From contig NZ_QNRH01000014.1 in NCBI RefSeq assembly GCF_003314995.1, positions 4,056-36,055 on the forward strand: a DNA stretch of 32,000 bases. Direction: 5' to 3'. Made by a program: the position numbers and the translations under genes. Below the pieces are notes generated by a model. It did no database searches, was not told the DNA's origin, and saw only the letters and a list, made by a program, of their open reading frames with translations. This document shows, piece after piece, positions 17,690 to 25,794 of the stretch; within the stretch, counting starts at the first letter, position 1, and each line of letters starts with the position of its first letter. Source of the stretch: Pseudochrobactrum asaccharolyticum (GTDB taxonomy: Bacteria; Pseudomonadota; Alphaproteobacteria; Rhizobiales; Rhizobiaceae).

Positions 17690-19249
17690 GTGCGTCTTGA
17701 AAATATTTTGTTCTCCCATTCTCTGAGCCAACCAGAGAAAACTGCACTTATCTGCGGAGAAAATCGGCTCAACTGGGGTGATTTGGGTAACCGGGTCCGT
17801 TCTGTTGCGCGGGGCTTGGCGGCGCGCGGCATTGGCAGTGGTGACAAGGTTATTCTCTATATGTCAAACCAGATCGAGTTCGCCGAAGCGTTTTTCGGCG
17901 TTCTCGCAACTGGAGCGGTGGTGGTTCCTGCCACAACACGTATCAGTCCCCATGAACTTGCCTATTTTCAAGCAGATAGTGGCGCAGGATTGATCATTTG
18001 TGATGCAAATCTTGCAGAAAAAGTCGCCGCTGAAGTTTCTGTGGGTGCAGAAATTTACACTGTAGGAGAGACAATCTCAGACTTTGCTGATTTTTCATGT
18101 TTGCGCCAATCTGGCACTACCCCCTTGCCACCAATTCCGCTTGAACAGGACGAAGCGGCTATTCTCTACACCTCAGGTACAACCGGTCAGCCTAAGGGTG
18201 TGGTGTTAACCCATGCGAATATCCTCGTCTGTCATGGCTATATGAATGCTGTTGAATGGGGGATTAACGGCGACGATATCTATCTCGTTGTTTCCCCCAT
18301 GGCACATCGTGCCGGAATGGGGCGGATGATCAATGCACTGATGCTTGGTGGTACGCTGAATATCCTTAGCCGCTTTGATCCGGACGATGTGCTCTCCATC
18401 ATTGAAAGGGAACAGGTGACTGTACTGGGTCTCGTTCCAACAATGTGCCGGATGATGATGCCGGTTCTGGAGGCAGATCCGCAACGCGCTGCCTCATTAC
18501 GCCGACTGGCTGTGACGGGGGAAGCTTTTCCGGTGCCGTTGAAAGAACGGCTGATTGCCTTGCTGCCAAATCTCGAAATCGTTTCTTTCTTTGGCATGAC
18601 CGAAGCAGGTGGTGTGACGGGGCTGATGCATCGTGAACAATTCACACATGCCGGCTCGGTGGGACGACCTTGCCCCGGAGTGGAAGTCAGGATCACAGAC
18701 GAGGATGGCCGTGACGTTATGGATGGTGAGGCGGGAGAGCTTTTAGTTCGCGCCGGACGTCCCGGGGCTTTCACGGTGATGAAGGGATATCTGAATAACC
18801 CTGAGCAGACTGAAGCTGCATTTAGCGATGGATGGTTCCGTACCGGCGATATGGCACGCCGCGATGCTGATGGGTATCTCTATATTGTTGATCGTAAGAA
18901 AGACATGATCGTATCAGGCGGGCTCAATATCTATTCGAAAGAAGTCGAACAGACGATCACCGAACTGCCCGGTATCGCTGATGTCGCGGTCATCGCTGTC
19001 CCTGATGATGTTTTTGGTGAGAGTGTTGTGGCGGTGATTGAACCTGAAAAGGGGGCAGTTGCCCCGGATAAAAATCAGATCGTCGAACATTGCCGGCAGC
19101 GCATTGCCGGTTACAAGAAGCCCAAATATGTCCTTTACCGAAGCGAACTGCCACGCAACGCTACGGGCAAAATTCTTAAGCGTGACCTTCTGCCATGGGC
19201 GGTTGCGGAAATCACTGCGACAACGGATCAGGCGAAGGTGGCATCATGA
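17690..19249 (+). CDS. AMP-dependent acyl-CoA synthetase (519 aa, GTG start)
   Basis: ILYTSGTTGQPKGVVLTH, WFRTGDMARRDADGYLYIVDRKKDMI and GKILKRDL. GGAGAG lies upstream of GTG 17690. Confidence 0.9.
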   Translation: MRLENILFSHSLSQPEKTALICGENRLNWGDLGNRVRSVARGLAARGIGSGDKVILYMSNQIEFAEAFFGVLATGAVVVPATTRISPHELAYFQADSGAGLIICDANLAEKVAAEVSVGAEIYTVGETISDFADFSCLRQSGTTPLPPIPLEQDEAAILYTSGTTGQPKGVVLTHANILVCHGYMNAVEWGINGDDIYLVVSPMAHRAGMGRMINALMLGGTLNILSRFDPDDVLSIIEREQVTVLGLVPTMCRMMMPVLEADPQRAASLRRLAVTGEAFPVPLKERLIALLPNLEIVSFFGMTEAGGVTGLMHREQFTHAGSVGRPCPGVEVRITDEDGRDVMDGEAGELLVRAGRPGAFTVMKGYLNNPEQTEAAFSDGWFRTGDMARRDADGYLYIVDRKKDMIVSGGLNIYSKEVEQTITELPGIADVAVIAVPDDVFGESVVAVIEPEKGAVAPDKNQIVEHCRQRIAGYKKPKYVLYRSELPRNATGKILKRDLLPWAVAEITATTDQAKVAS

Positions 19250-20397
19250 TCCGGCCAGAAACAGCAGTAGAAGCGGAGTTCCGTGCGGAGCTTCGCGGGT
19301 GGCTGGCAAAAGAGGTGCCGGCACATCTTGCCCACACGACGTTCAGGCCTGAACCTGCTGAAGCGACAGCATGGCATCGCAAATTGGCGCAAATGGGTTG
19401 GATCGCTCCGCATTGGCCTAAGGAATATGGCGGGATGGGAGCAAGTCCTGTTGAGCAGGTCATTCTCATGGAAGAACTTGCCCGTGCAGGTGCGCCGGAT
19501 TTGCCGACACAGGGACTGAACCATATTGGTCCTCTCCTGATGAAATCAGGAACCCATGCGCAGAAAGAGCAGCATCTGCCGAGGATTCTTTCGGGCGATA
19601 CGGTATGGTGTCAGGGCTATTCCGAACCTGAAGCCGGCTCGGATCTGGCCAGCTTGCAGACCAAGGCAAGGATTGAGGGATCGGAGCTGGTCATAGACGG
19701 ACACAAAATCTGGACAACATGGGGACATCACGCGGACTGGATGTTTGCCTTGGTTCGGACTTCGCCGGAGCGACGCGATGGGATTACTTTCGTGCTCTTT
19801 CCGATGAACACACCGGGTATCACTGTTAAACCAATCAAAACCATCGCAGGTGATGAAGAGTTTGCTGAGGTTTTTTTTGATGCTGTACGGGTGCCTATAG
19901 AAAATGTTGTCGGTTCAATTGGTGGTGGCTGGAAAGTTGCGACTTCGCTTCTTGATGAGGAGCGGATGCATCTGGGCACACCGGCGCTTACTAATCGGGC
20001 CCTGGTCCGGTTACAGCGATTAGTACAGAATATGCCTGCGGTATCGCGCGATGAATGGCAAATTCGCCTTGAACAAGCGCGGGCAAAGGTTGAAGTCGTG
20101 ACAGCCGCATTCCTCGATACGGCTGAGCGTTTTGAGACCGGTGTGGCGGTCGTCAACGAGTCAAGTTATCTCAAAATTCTGAACACAGAGACTGTGCAGG
20201 GGATATTAGAATTGGTGTTTGAGGCTGCCGGAGCACTTGGCGCGCGACAGGGCTCGTTAATCGAAAGTGGTATGCGGATCGATCTGAATGAAATGTATCT
20301 GCAGTCGCGCCGTTTAACTATCTATGGCGGTTCCAATGAGATTCAGAGATCTATTTTAGCCAACCGTGTGCTGGGTTTGAACGGAGGGCGCACCTGA
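19246..20397 (+). CDS. Acyl-CoA dehydrogenase, probable catalytic alpha subunit of a heteromeric pair (383 aa)
   Basis: ACAD motifs WCQGYSEPEAGSDLASLQTKA, DGHKIWTTW and C-terminal IYGGSNEIQRSILANRVLGL. ATG 19246 overlaps the ligase stop (ATGA). The ORF is open from 19195, but that stretch overlaps the ligase coding region. Confidence 0.88.
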   Translation: MIRPETAVEAEFRAELRGWLAKEVPAHLAHTTFRPEPAEATAWHRKLAQMGWIAPHWPKEYGGMGASPVEQVILMEELARAGAPDLPTQGLNHIGPLLMKSGTHAQKEQHLPRILSGDTVWCQGYSEPEAGSDLASLQTKARIEGSELVIDGHKIWTTWGHHADWMFALVRTSPERRDGITFVLFPMNTPGITVKPIKTIAGDEEFAEVFFDAVRVPIENVVGSIGGGWKVATSLLDEERMHLGTPALTNRALVRLQRLVQNMPAVSRDEWQIRLEQARAKVEVVTAAFLDTAERFETGVAVVNESSYLKILNTETVQGILELVFEAAGALGARQGSLIESGMRIDLNEMYLQSRRLTIYGGSNEIQRSILANRVLGLNGGRT

Positions 20398-21395
20398 TGC
20401 CGGTATGGTCACAAGAGGATCGTCTGATTGCTGATAGCGCGGATGCGTTGTTTGCAGATACCGGCGGCCTGACCGGCCTGCGGTTGGGGAATGGGCGGAC
20501 ATTGGCACGCATTCGTGCTGAGGGCTGGGCGGGTGTCCTGCTCGATGAAGAACAAGGGGGGCTGGGTTTCGGACTGCGTGGCGCAGCGATTGTTATGCAG
20601 TCGGCAGGCCGTAATCTATCACCAGAACCACTCGCTGCTATGATAGCAGTCGCATGGCTGCTTGGCACGATAGGTGAAGGCACACTTGTGTCTGAGTTGA
20701 TGTCAGGGCAGCAGATAATTTTGTCAGCGCACGCTCAATGGGATGGTGAACGCTATGTCACGGGGGCGATACCGGGAATAGCCGTTGCCGATCATCTGGT
20801 TGTATTCTGCTCTGATGACCAATCACTGCGCCTGATCAATTGTAAAAATGCCAAAGATCCTGAGGTTGACATTGATATATTTTCAACTGTTGATTTTGGA
20901 AGTTCGGGCGCGGCGTCCTTTGCAAAGGGTGCGGGAACGATTTTGTGCGTTGGTAAGATAGCAACGGAACTGGCTGAGAAAATTGAAGATCTGGTTCGGC
21001 TGTTCCATGCTGCTGAACTGGTTGGCATCGCAGCACAGGCGCTAACAATCGTGTCAGACTATGTCAAAATACGGCAGCAATTCGGTGTCTCCTTATCCAG
21101 CCATCAGGTTATCCAGCACCGTCTTGCATCAGTGCATGTACAAATTGCAGCTGCAGAGGCGATTGTCTATGAGGCAGTGCGTGCGGTTGATGGGGAGCAA
21201 CGCCGGTTTGGGGTAAAGACTGCCTATCAGCAAGCCCGTCACGCTGCAGAGTTGTCAACCCGCGAAGCTATCCAATTTCATGGTGGAATTGGTTTTACCG
21301 ATGAATGCGATATCGGGCTGTTTTTCAAACGCGTGATGGGGATTGCTGCAGCTCAAAATGGATGCTTGCCGGTGATTGAGGAGCGAGTAGCATGA
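20397..21395 (+). CDS. Acyl-CoA dehydrogenase-like protein, shorter beta-type subunit (332 aa)
   Basis: ACAD-like N-terminus (AEGWAGVLLDEEQGGLGFG) and IQFHGGIGFTDECDIGLFFKRV. The protein ends before the C-terminal catalytic-base region. It is joined to the upstream ACAD by a TGATG overlap. Confidence 0.8.
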   Translation: MPVWSQEDRLIADSADALFADTGGLTGLRLGNGRTLARIRAEGWAGVLLDEEQGGLGFGLRGAAIVMQSAGRNLSPEPLAAMIAVAWLLGTIGEGTLVSELMSGQQIILSAHAQWDGERYVTGAIPGIAVADHLVVFCSDDQSLRLINCKNAKDPEVDIDIFSTVDFGSSGAASFAKGAGTILCVGKIATELAEKIEDLVRLFHAAELVGIAAQALTIVSDYVKIRQQFGVSLSSHQVIQHRLASVHVQIAAAEAIVYEAVRAVDGEQRRFGVKTAYQQARHAAELSTREAIQFHGGIGFTDECDIGLFFKRVMGIAAAQNGCLPVIEERVA

Positions 21396-22837
21396 CTTTA
21401 ATGACTGAAAAATATGGCCCTTTAACACTCTTTATCGATGGCGAATGGATCTCCGTCTCGGATAGTGGCGAAGATGTGTATAATCCTGCAACCGGGGAGG
21501 TCATTGCCAGATTACCTCATGCGAGTGCTTCCGATATCGACCGCGCAGCACAGGCCGCTGCCCGTAGTTTTCCGGCATGGCGCGCTCTGACTGCACTTGA
21601 GCGCAGTCGCATTTTGCGACGTACTGCCGATCTCTTACGTGAGCGTGCTGATCATATCGCCTGGCTGCTTAGTACCGAGCAGGGGAAAGCTCTGGGGGAG
21701 GCGCGGATAGAAGTTATGGTTTCGGCCGAAACACTGGATTGGTGTGCAGAAGAGGGGCGCCGTATCTACGGGCGGATCGTTCCCAGCCCGTATCCACAGG
21801 TGGAATATCGTGTGCTCAAGCAACCGGTCGGGCCTGTTGCTGCTTTTACCCCGTGGAATTTTCCGTTGATGATGCCTGCACGCAAAGTGGCCTCAGCGCT
21901 TGCATCCGGTTGCACGATCGTTCTTAAACCTGCGGAAGAAACCCCCGCTGCGGCAATTGAACTTGCGCGTGCTTTTCATGATGCGGGGCTACCTGACGGT
22001 GTCTTGAACATCGTTTTTGGTAATCCTGCCGAAGTATCGGAACAACTCATTGCTCATGAGGCTATCCGGAAAGTTACATTTACTGGTTCCACCGCTGTCG
22101 GTCAGCATCTTGCTGGTCTGGCCGCGCGCCACGGAGCCAAGCGCTGTACTATGGAGCTTGGCGGTCATGCGCCGGTACTGATCCTTGAGGATGCAGATCT
22201 TGAGCGGGCAATTTCGTTATTGGCACCGTTCAAATTCCGCAATGCCGGACAGGTTTGTATTTCACCAACACGATTTTACGTACATGACAGTCTGCATGAT
22301 CGTTTTGTTGATGGCATGGTTTGTGCCGCTACTAAACTGAAGATCGGATCAGGTGTTGAAGAGGGCGTGCAGATGGGCCCGCTGGCCAATCCGCGCCGGG
22401 TTTCAGCCATGCGTGAACTGGTCGATGATGCAATTGCGCAGGGCGCGCGCTGTATGACCGGCGGTAATCTTGTTGGTAATCGGGGCAATTTTTTTGCGCC
22501 TACTGTATTGGCCGATGTGCCTGAAAGCGCCCGTATTATGAATGAGGAGCCTTTTGGCCCCATCGTCGTCACCGCCCGTATCCATAATACGCAAGAAGCA
22601 ATTACACAGGCAAACCGGCTTCCGTTTGGATTGGCCTCTTATGCCTTTACCAGTTCGGCGCATAATATCAGTATGCTGGCTGATGGGGTTGAAGCGGGCA
22701 TGCTTGGCGTGAACGCAATCGCAGTATCAACACCGGAAGCACCATTTGGTGGTGTGCGCCACAGTGGTTATGGGAGCGAGGGTGGCATTGAGGGCATGGA
22801 GCCTTATTTGGTTACCAAACTGCTTGCACAAGGATGA
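21392..22837 (+). CDS. NAD(P)+-dependent aldehyde dehydrogenase (481 aa; GabD / semialdehyde-dehydrogenase-like)
   Basis: YNPATGEVIA, catalytic-Glu motif MELGGHAP, catalytic-Cys motif FRNAGQVCISPTRFYV, and EEPFGPI. ATGA overlap with the upstream gene. Confidence 0.92.
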   Translation: MTLMTEKYGPLTLFIDGEWISVSDSGEDVYNPATGEVIARLPHASASDIDRAAQAAARSFPAWRALTALERSRILRRTADLLRERADHIAWLLSTEQGKALGEARIEVMVSAETLDWCAEEGRRIYGRIVPSPYPQVEYRVLKQPVGPVAAFTPWNFPLMMPARKVASALASGCTIVLKPAEETPAAAIELARAFHDAGLPDGVLNIVFGNPAEVSEQLIAHEAIRKVTFTGSTAVGQHLAGLAARHGAKRCTMELGGHAPVLILEDADLERAISLLAPFKFRNAGQVCISPTRFYVHDSLHDRFVDGMVCAATKLKIGSGVEEGVQMGPLANPRRVSAMRELVDDAIAQGARCMTGGNLVGNRGNFFAPTVLADVPESARIMNEEPFGPIVVTARIHNTQEAITQANRLPFGLASYAFTSSAHNISMLADGVEAGMLGVNAIAVSTPEAPFGGVRHSGYGSEGGIEGMEPYLVTKLLAQG

Positions 22838-23203
22838 TAACGTTTAGTAAATTTGGTTTTACCTAATATGAATCGTCGGTAGTGTTTATGATTGATGCCG
22901 TTTGACATCTCACTGATATCTGCTTTTTGAAGCATGACTTATAAGCTCATGAAGGATATATCAGTGGTGACGGGAGCAAGATTTCTCAATATGGTTTGCC
23001 TGTACATTTCGAATGCGCTCTATCGCGAGACTACCAGGCCCCAAATGGCATGCAATAGGGACAACTTCATCAGAAGAAATCGTGATACCACTGCTCGTGG
23101 ATAGGGTTTCTGTTCTTAGTGAGCATTCCAAAACTGCTCCACAAGGAGTTTCAGCCCTATGAGATTCGGCGAAGTTAAGACTGAAAATGCAGTGGGAGCA
23201 ATT

Positions 23204-23683
23204 CTAGCGCCAGCCGCCATTGATACCCTTGTCGAGCGTCGGCTTGTCGCGCTTGACGGTGAAGGCCGTGAAGATGGTGTAGGTGAGGCCAAGCCATAGC
23301 ACCACGGCCAACACCCACAACGCCTTTCCGGCGACGAGGTCCTCACGCAAGACCATGAACTGGCTAGCCAGGATGCCGGTGCCAGCGACCGCCGTGAAAT
23401 AGCCGGGTCCGGTCAGATGGGTGAACATGTCACCGAAAAACCGCGCCGGATAGCGCCAGGCCCGGAGGGCGTAGAGGACGCATAACAGGCCGTATTGTCC
23501 GATATTCAGGTAGAAAAGGCTCGATGCCAGCGGGCCATACTCCATCATGTGCGCCGCCAGAGAAATGATGCCCGTGGCCATCACGAGACCGAAATAGGCC
23601 GGCGACATATCGGCGAGGCCGAAGCCCGGTCGCTCTGGTTGTGAATTGCTGATCGCGCTGGTCATCGCCCGGCCACCATCCAT
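23204..23683 (-). pseudogene. 3'-truncated TehA/Mae1 (TDT) family tellurite-resistance/dicarboxylate transporter; only ~159 N-terminal codons remain
   Basis: MSPAYFGLVMATGIISLAA...FTHLTGPGYFTAVAGTGILASQ...INGGW is the N-terminal half of a TDT-family protein. I expect these to be roughly twice as long, with 10 TM segments. The reading frame stops (INGGWR*) exactly where base composition switches. Confidence 0.7.
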
Positions 23684-23718
23684 CGCAGCCTTTGAAATCT
23701 GGCCTTGTCGCCCGGCAT

Positions 23719-24441
23719 CTAATTCCCGGCTCGTGCATTCAAGCGTCGGAGGTCAGGCACAATGATCAGACGATTGTTCTCGATGCAGATGATCTTATCG
23801 TTGCGTAACCGCGTCAACTGGCGACTGACCGTTTCGATGGTAAGGCCGAGGAAATCGGCAATGTCGGCCCTGGTGAGCGGCAGATCGAAACGTGCGAAGT
23901 TACGGCCTGCCTTCCCGGATGGCTCGGCATGACGGGCAAACATCAACAACAGGCTCGCGATCTTCTCGCTTGCTGTTTTGCGACCGAGTGTCACCATCCA
24001 GTCGCGTGCTTCATCCAGTTCGTCGAGCGCCTGCTTGTAGAGCCGGCGTTCCAGTTCTGGCGATTCCTGCATCATCCGTTCGATGGCTTCTCTAGGGAAG
24101 GAGCAGAGTACGACTTCTGTGGCGGCTTCCGCATTGAGCTGACTCTCGGCTCGAAATGGTCGGCCGAGGAAATCAGGGGCGAACTGGTGGCCAACGATCT
24201 GCTGGCGCCCGTCGGACAGCGTCTTGGTCAGCTTCACCACACCCGACAGGATATTGGCATATCGGTCGATCCGCTCAGCCTCACCCAAGAGAGCAGCCCC
24301 GCCTTCAACTGCGGATTTGCGCGAAGACCTGACCAGTTCGTGGAGCTGATGGCAGTCCAGCGTACTGCAAATGCCCTTGTTACGCCCCTCGCATGAGGCG
24401 CATAGCATGGGAACGGCATCTTTTGGGATATCCCTGCGCAC
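23719..24441 (-). CDS. Crp/Fnr-family regulator of the FNR/FnrN type with an N-terminal Cys cluster (240 aa, GTG start)
   Basis: N-terminal CASCEGRNKGIC plus a central Cys (VVLCSF), consistent with [4Fe-4S] ligands. C-terminal HTH LTRADIADFLGLTIETVSRQLTRL. AAGGTGG lies 7 nt upstream of GTG 24441. Confidence 0.88.
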   Translation of the reverse strand: MRRDIPKDAVPMLCASCEGRNKGICSTLDCHQLHELVRSSRKSAVEGGAALLGEAERIDRYANILSGVVKLTKTLSDGRQQIVGHQFAPDFLGRPFRAESQLNAEAATEVVLCSFPREAIERMMQESPELERRLYKQALDELDEARDWMVTLGRKTASEKIASLLLMFARHAEPSGKAGRNFARFDLPLTRADIADFLGLTIETVSRQLTRLRNDKIICIENNRLIIVPDLRRLNARAGN

Positions 24442-24520
24442 GACATTGCCACCTTTAGGGTCACTATAGCATCTTCAATCCTAGCATGCCCCGCGTTAGT
24501 TCGTCTTGCGAACGTGGTCT

Positions 24521-24534
24521 TTGCGTAAGGTCAA
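24521..24534. promoter_or_regulatory. Candidate FNR/FixK box (anaerobox) upstream of the fnr-like gene
   Basis: TTGCGTAAGGTCAA matches TTGA-N6-TCAA at 7 of 8 specified positions, about 80 nt upstream of the fnr-like start codon. Confidence 0.3.
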
Positions 24535-24708
24535 GTATACCGGATTGATGATGATGGTTTGTGTAAAAGTCTTTGGCCGCATTCCTGGAGCATTTACACG
24601 ATCTGGTCGGCAGAAAATTCAGGTAGTTCCAGCCCAGAGATTTCACCATATCGCGATACTGGACGTAGCGAATGCCTGTCGACTCGCCAGCGCAGTCGTC
24701 GCGAGCCA

Positions 24709-25104
24709 CTATCTTGGCCATCGGATCTTTACCGCAACTGTCGAAATAGCAACCCAGATGCCGAGCCGCAGGACCATCGCGGCCATCGTGCGGCTCTCGT
24801 AGGCCTCGCCGCGCCAGACGTGCCAGAGGAAGAAAGCAAGGACCACGGCCGTGGTCGCTGCGATACCGATGGACAGGGCAGGCGCCCAGGCCGTGCCGCG
24901 CCATAGTCCGATCCCTGCCAGCAGATAGGCGAAGCCGGCCACGAAGTTGAACCACAGCACGAATGGAACCACCGCTCCCATATCAGCGCCGCCGAAGAGT
25001 GCGCGGCCGCCCGAAATGACGGTGGCCAGGCCAAACACGACCGCCACACCGGAAGCGATGGAATGAGAGAGGGGTCTTGCGGTCATGGTATTCTCCTGTG
25101 TCAT
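24709..25104 (-). CDS. Small hydrophobic membrane protein of unknown function (131 aa, ~4 TM)
   Basis: Four hydrophobic segments are visible. The start overlaps the ABC ATPase stop (ATGA at 25101-25104), so it is the last gene of the exporter operon. Codon and GC usage match the neighbouring genes. Confidence 0.6.
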   Translation of the reverse strand: MTQENTMTARPLSHSIASGVAVVFGLATVISGGRALFGGADMGAVVPFVLWFNFVAGFAYLLAGIGLWRGTAWAPALSIGIAATTAVVLAFFLWHVWRGEAYESRTMAAMVLRLGIWVAISTVAVKIRWPR

Positions 25105-25793
25105 GCGTCGGCCAGCCTGCCGTCGCGCAGGTGAATCAGGCGGTCGAAACGGTCAAAAATCTTCTCGTCATGGGTGACGGTGACGATGCAGGCTTCCTGC
25201 TCAGCGGCAAGCTTGCGCAACAGGTCCATCACCAGCCCGGCCCGCTTGCTGTCGAGCGCGGCGGTCGGTTCGTCGGCCAGAATGATGCGGGGGCGGTTGG
25301 CCAGCGCCCGCGCAATGGCCACCCGCTGCGCCTCGCCACCTGACAGGAGCGCCGGCTTGGCCGCGGCGCGACGGCTGACTTCAAGATAATCGAGCAGTTC
25401 GCGTACTCGCGCCTGACCCTTCTCAACCGACCAGCCGGCGAGATGAAGGACCACGGCGACGTTCTCCTCGGCGGTCAGGAAAGGCAAAAGGTTGTGCGTC
25501 TGGAAGATGAAACCGATCTTGTCGAGCCTGAGCCTCCTCAGGTCGTGCCGCAGCCATTGCCTGTCGAACACCGTCTCGCCGTCCAGCGTTACCTTGCCCG
25601 CCGATGGCGCCAGGATGCAGCCGATGACGTTGAGCAGCGTGGTTTTGCCCGAGCCCGAGGGGCCAAGAAGCGCGACCACCTCTCCGGCGCGGACCTGAAG
25701 GTCGACGTCGCGCAGCGCATCGACACGGGTTTCGCCCTCGCCAAAATGCTTGGCCACACCCTTCACATCGATCAGGATTTCGCCGTCCGTCAT
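25101..25793 (-). CDS. ABC transporter ATP-binding protein, MacB/LolD/DevA-like (230 aa)
   Basis: Walker A GPSGSGKTT, signature LSGGEAQRVAIARAL, Walker B IILADEPTAALD. Confidence 0.93.
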   Translation of the reverse strand: MTDGEILIDVKGVAKHFGEGETRVDALRDVDLQVRAGEVVALLGPSGSGKTTLLNVIGCILAPSAGKVTLDGETVFDRQWLRHDLRRLRLDKIGFIFQTHNLLPFLTAEENVAVVLHLAGWSVEKGQARVRELLDYLEVSRRAAAKPALLSGGEAQRVAIARALANRPRIILADEPTAALDSKRAGLVMDLLRKLAAEQEACIVTVTHDEKIFDRFDRLIHLRDGRLADA

Positions 25794-25794
25794 G

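Noticed and set aside
22911-22966. Inverted repeat CACTGATAT / ATATCAGTG downstream of the aldehyde dehydrogenase gene, considered as a terminator or IS terminal repeat
   Set aside because: The stem is only 9 bp with a 38-nt loop, no T-tract follows, and there is no second copy elsewhere in the window. This is too weak to call.
23001-23037. TTCGAAT-containing stretch ending in ...ACCA in the junction spacer, considered as a tRNA 3' fragment or att site
   Set aside because: The flanking bases do not form a T-arm stem (at best 3 of 5 pairs) and there is no acceptor-stem complement, so this is not a tRNA remnant.
22934-23104. 56-codon plus-strand ORF (MTYKLMKDISVVTGARFLNMVCLY...) in the junction spacer
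   Set aside because: It is below the track threshold, has no RBS or recognisable motif, and lies in a region likely to be a recombination scar.
24464-24955. 163-aa minus-strand ORF spanning the gap between the small membrane protein and fnr. A possible 85-aa version starts at ATG 24721.
   Set aside because: The upstream half overlaps the better-supported 131-aa membrane protein in another frame. The downstream part has no recognisable motif and would cover the candidate FNR box. A real small gene cannot be excluded without conservation data.
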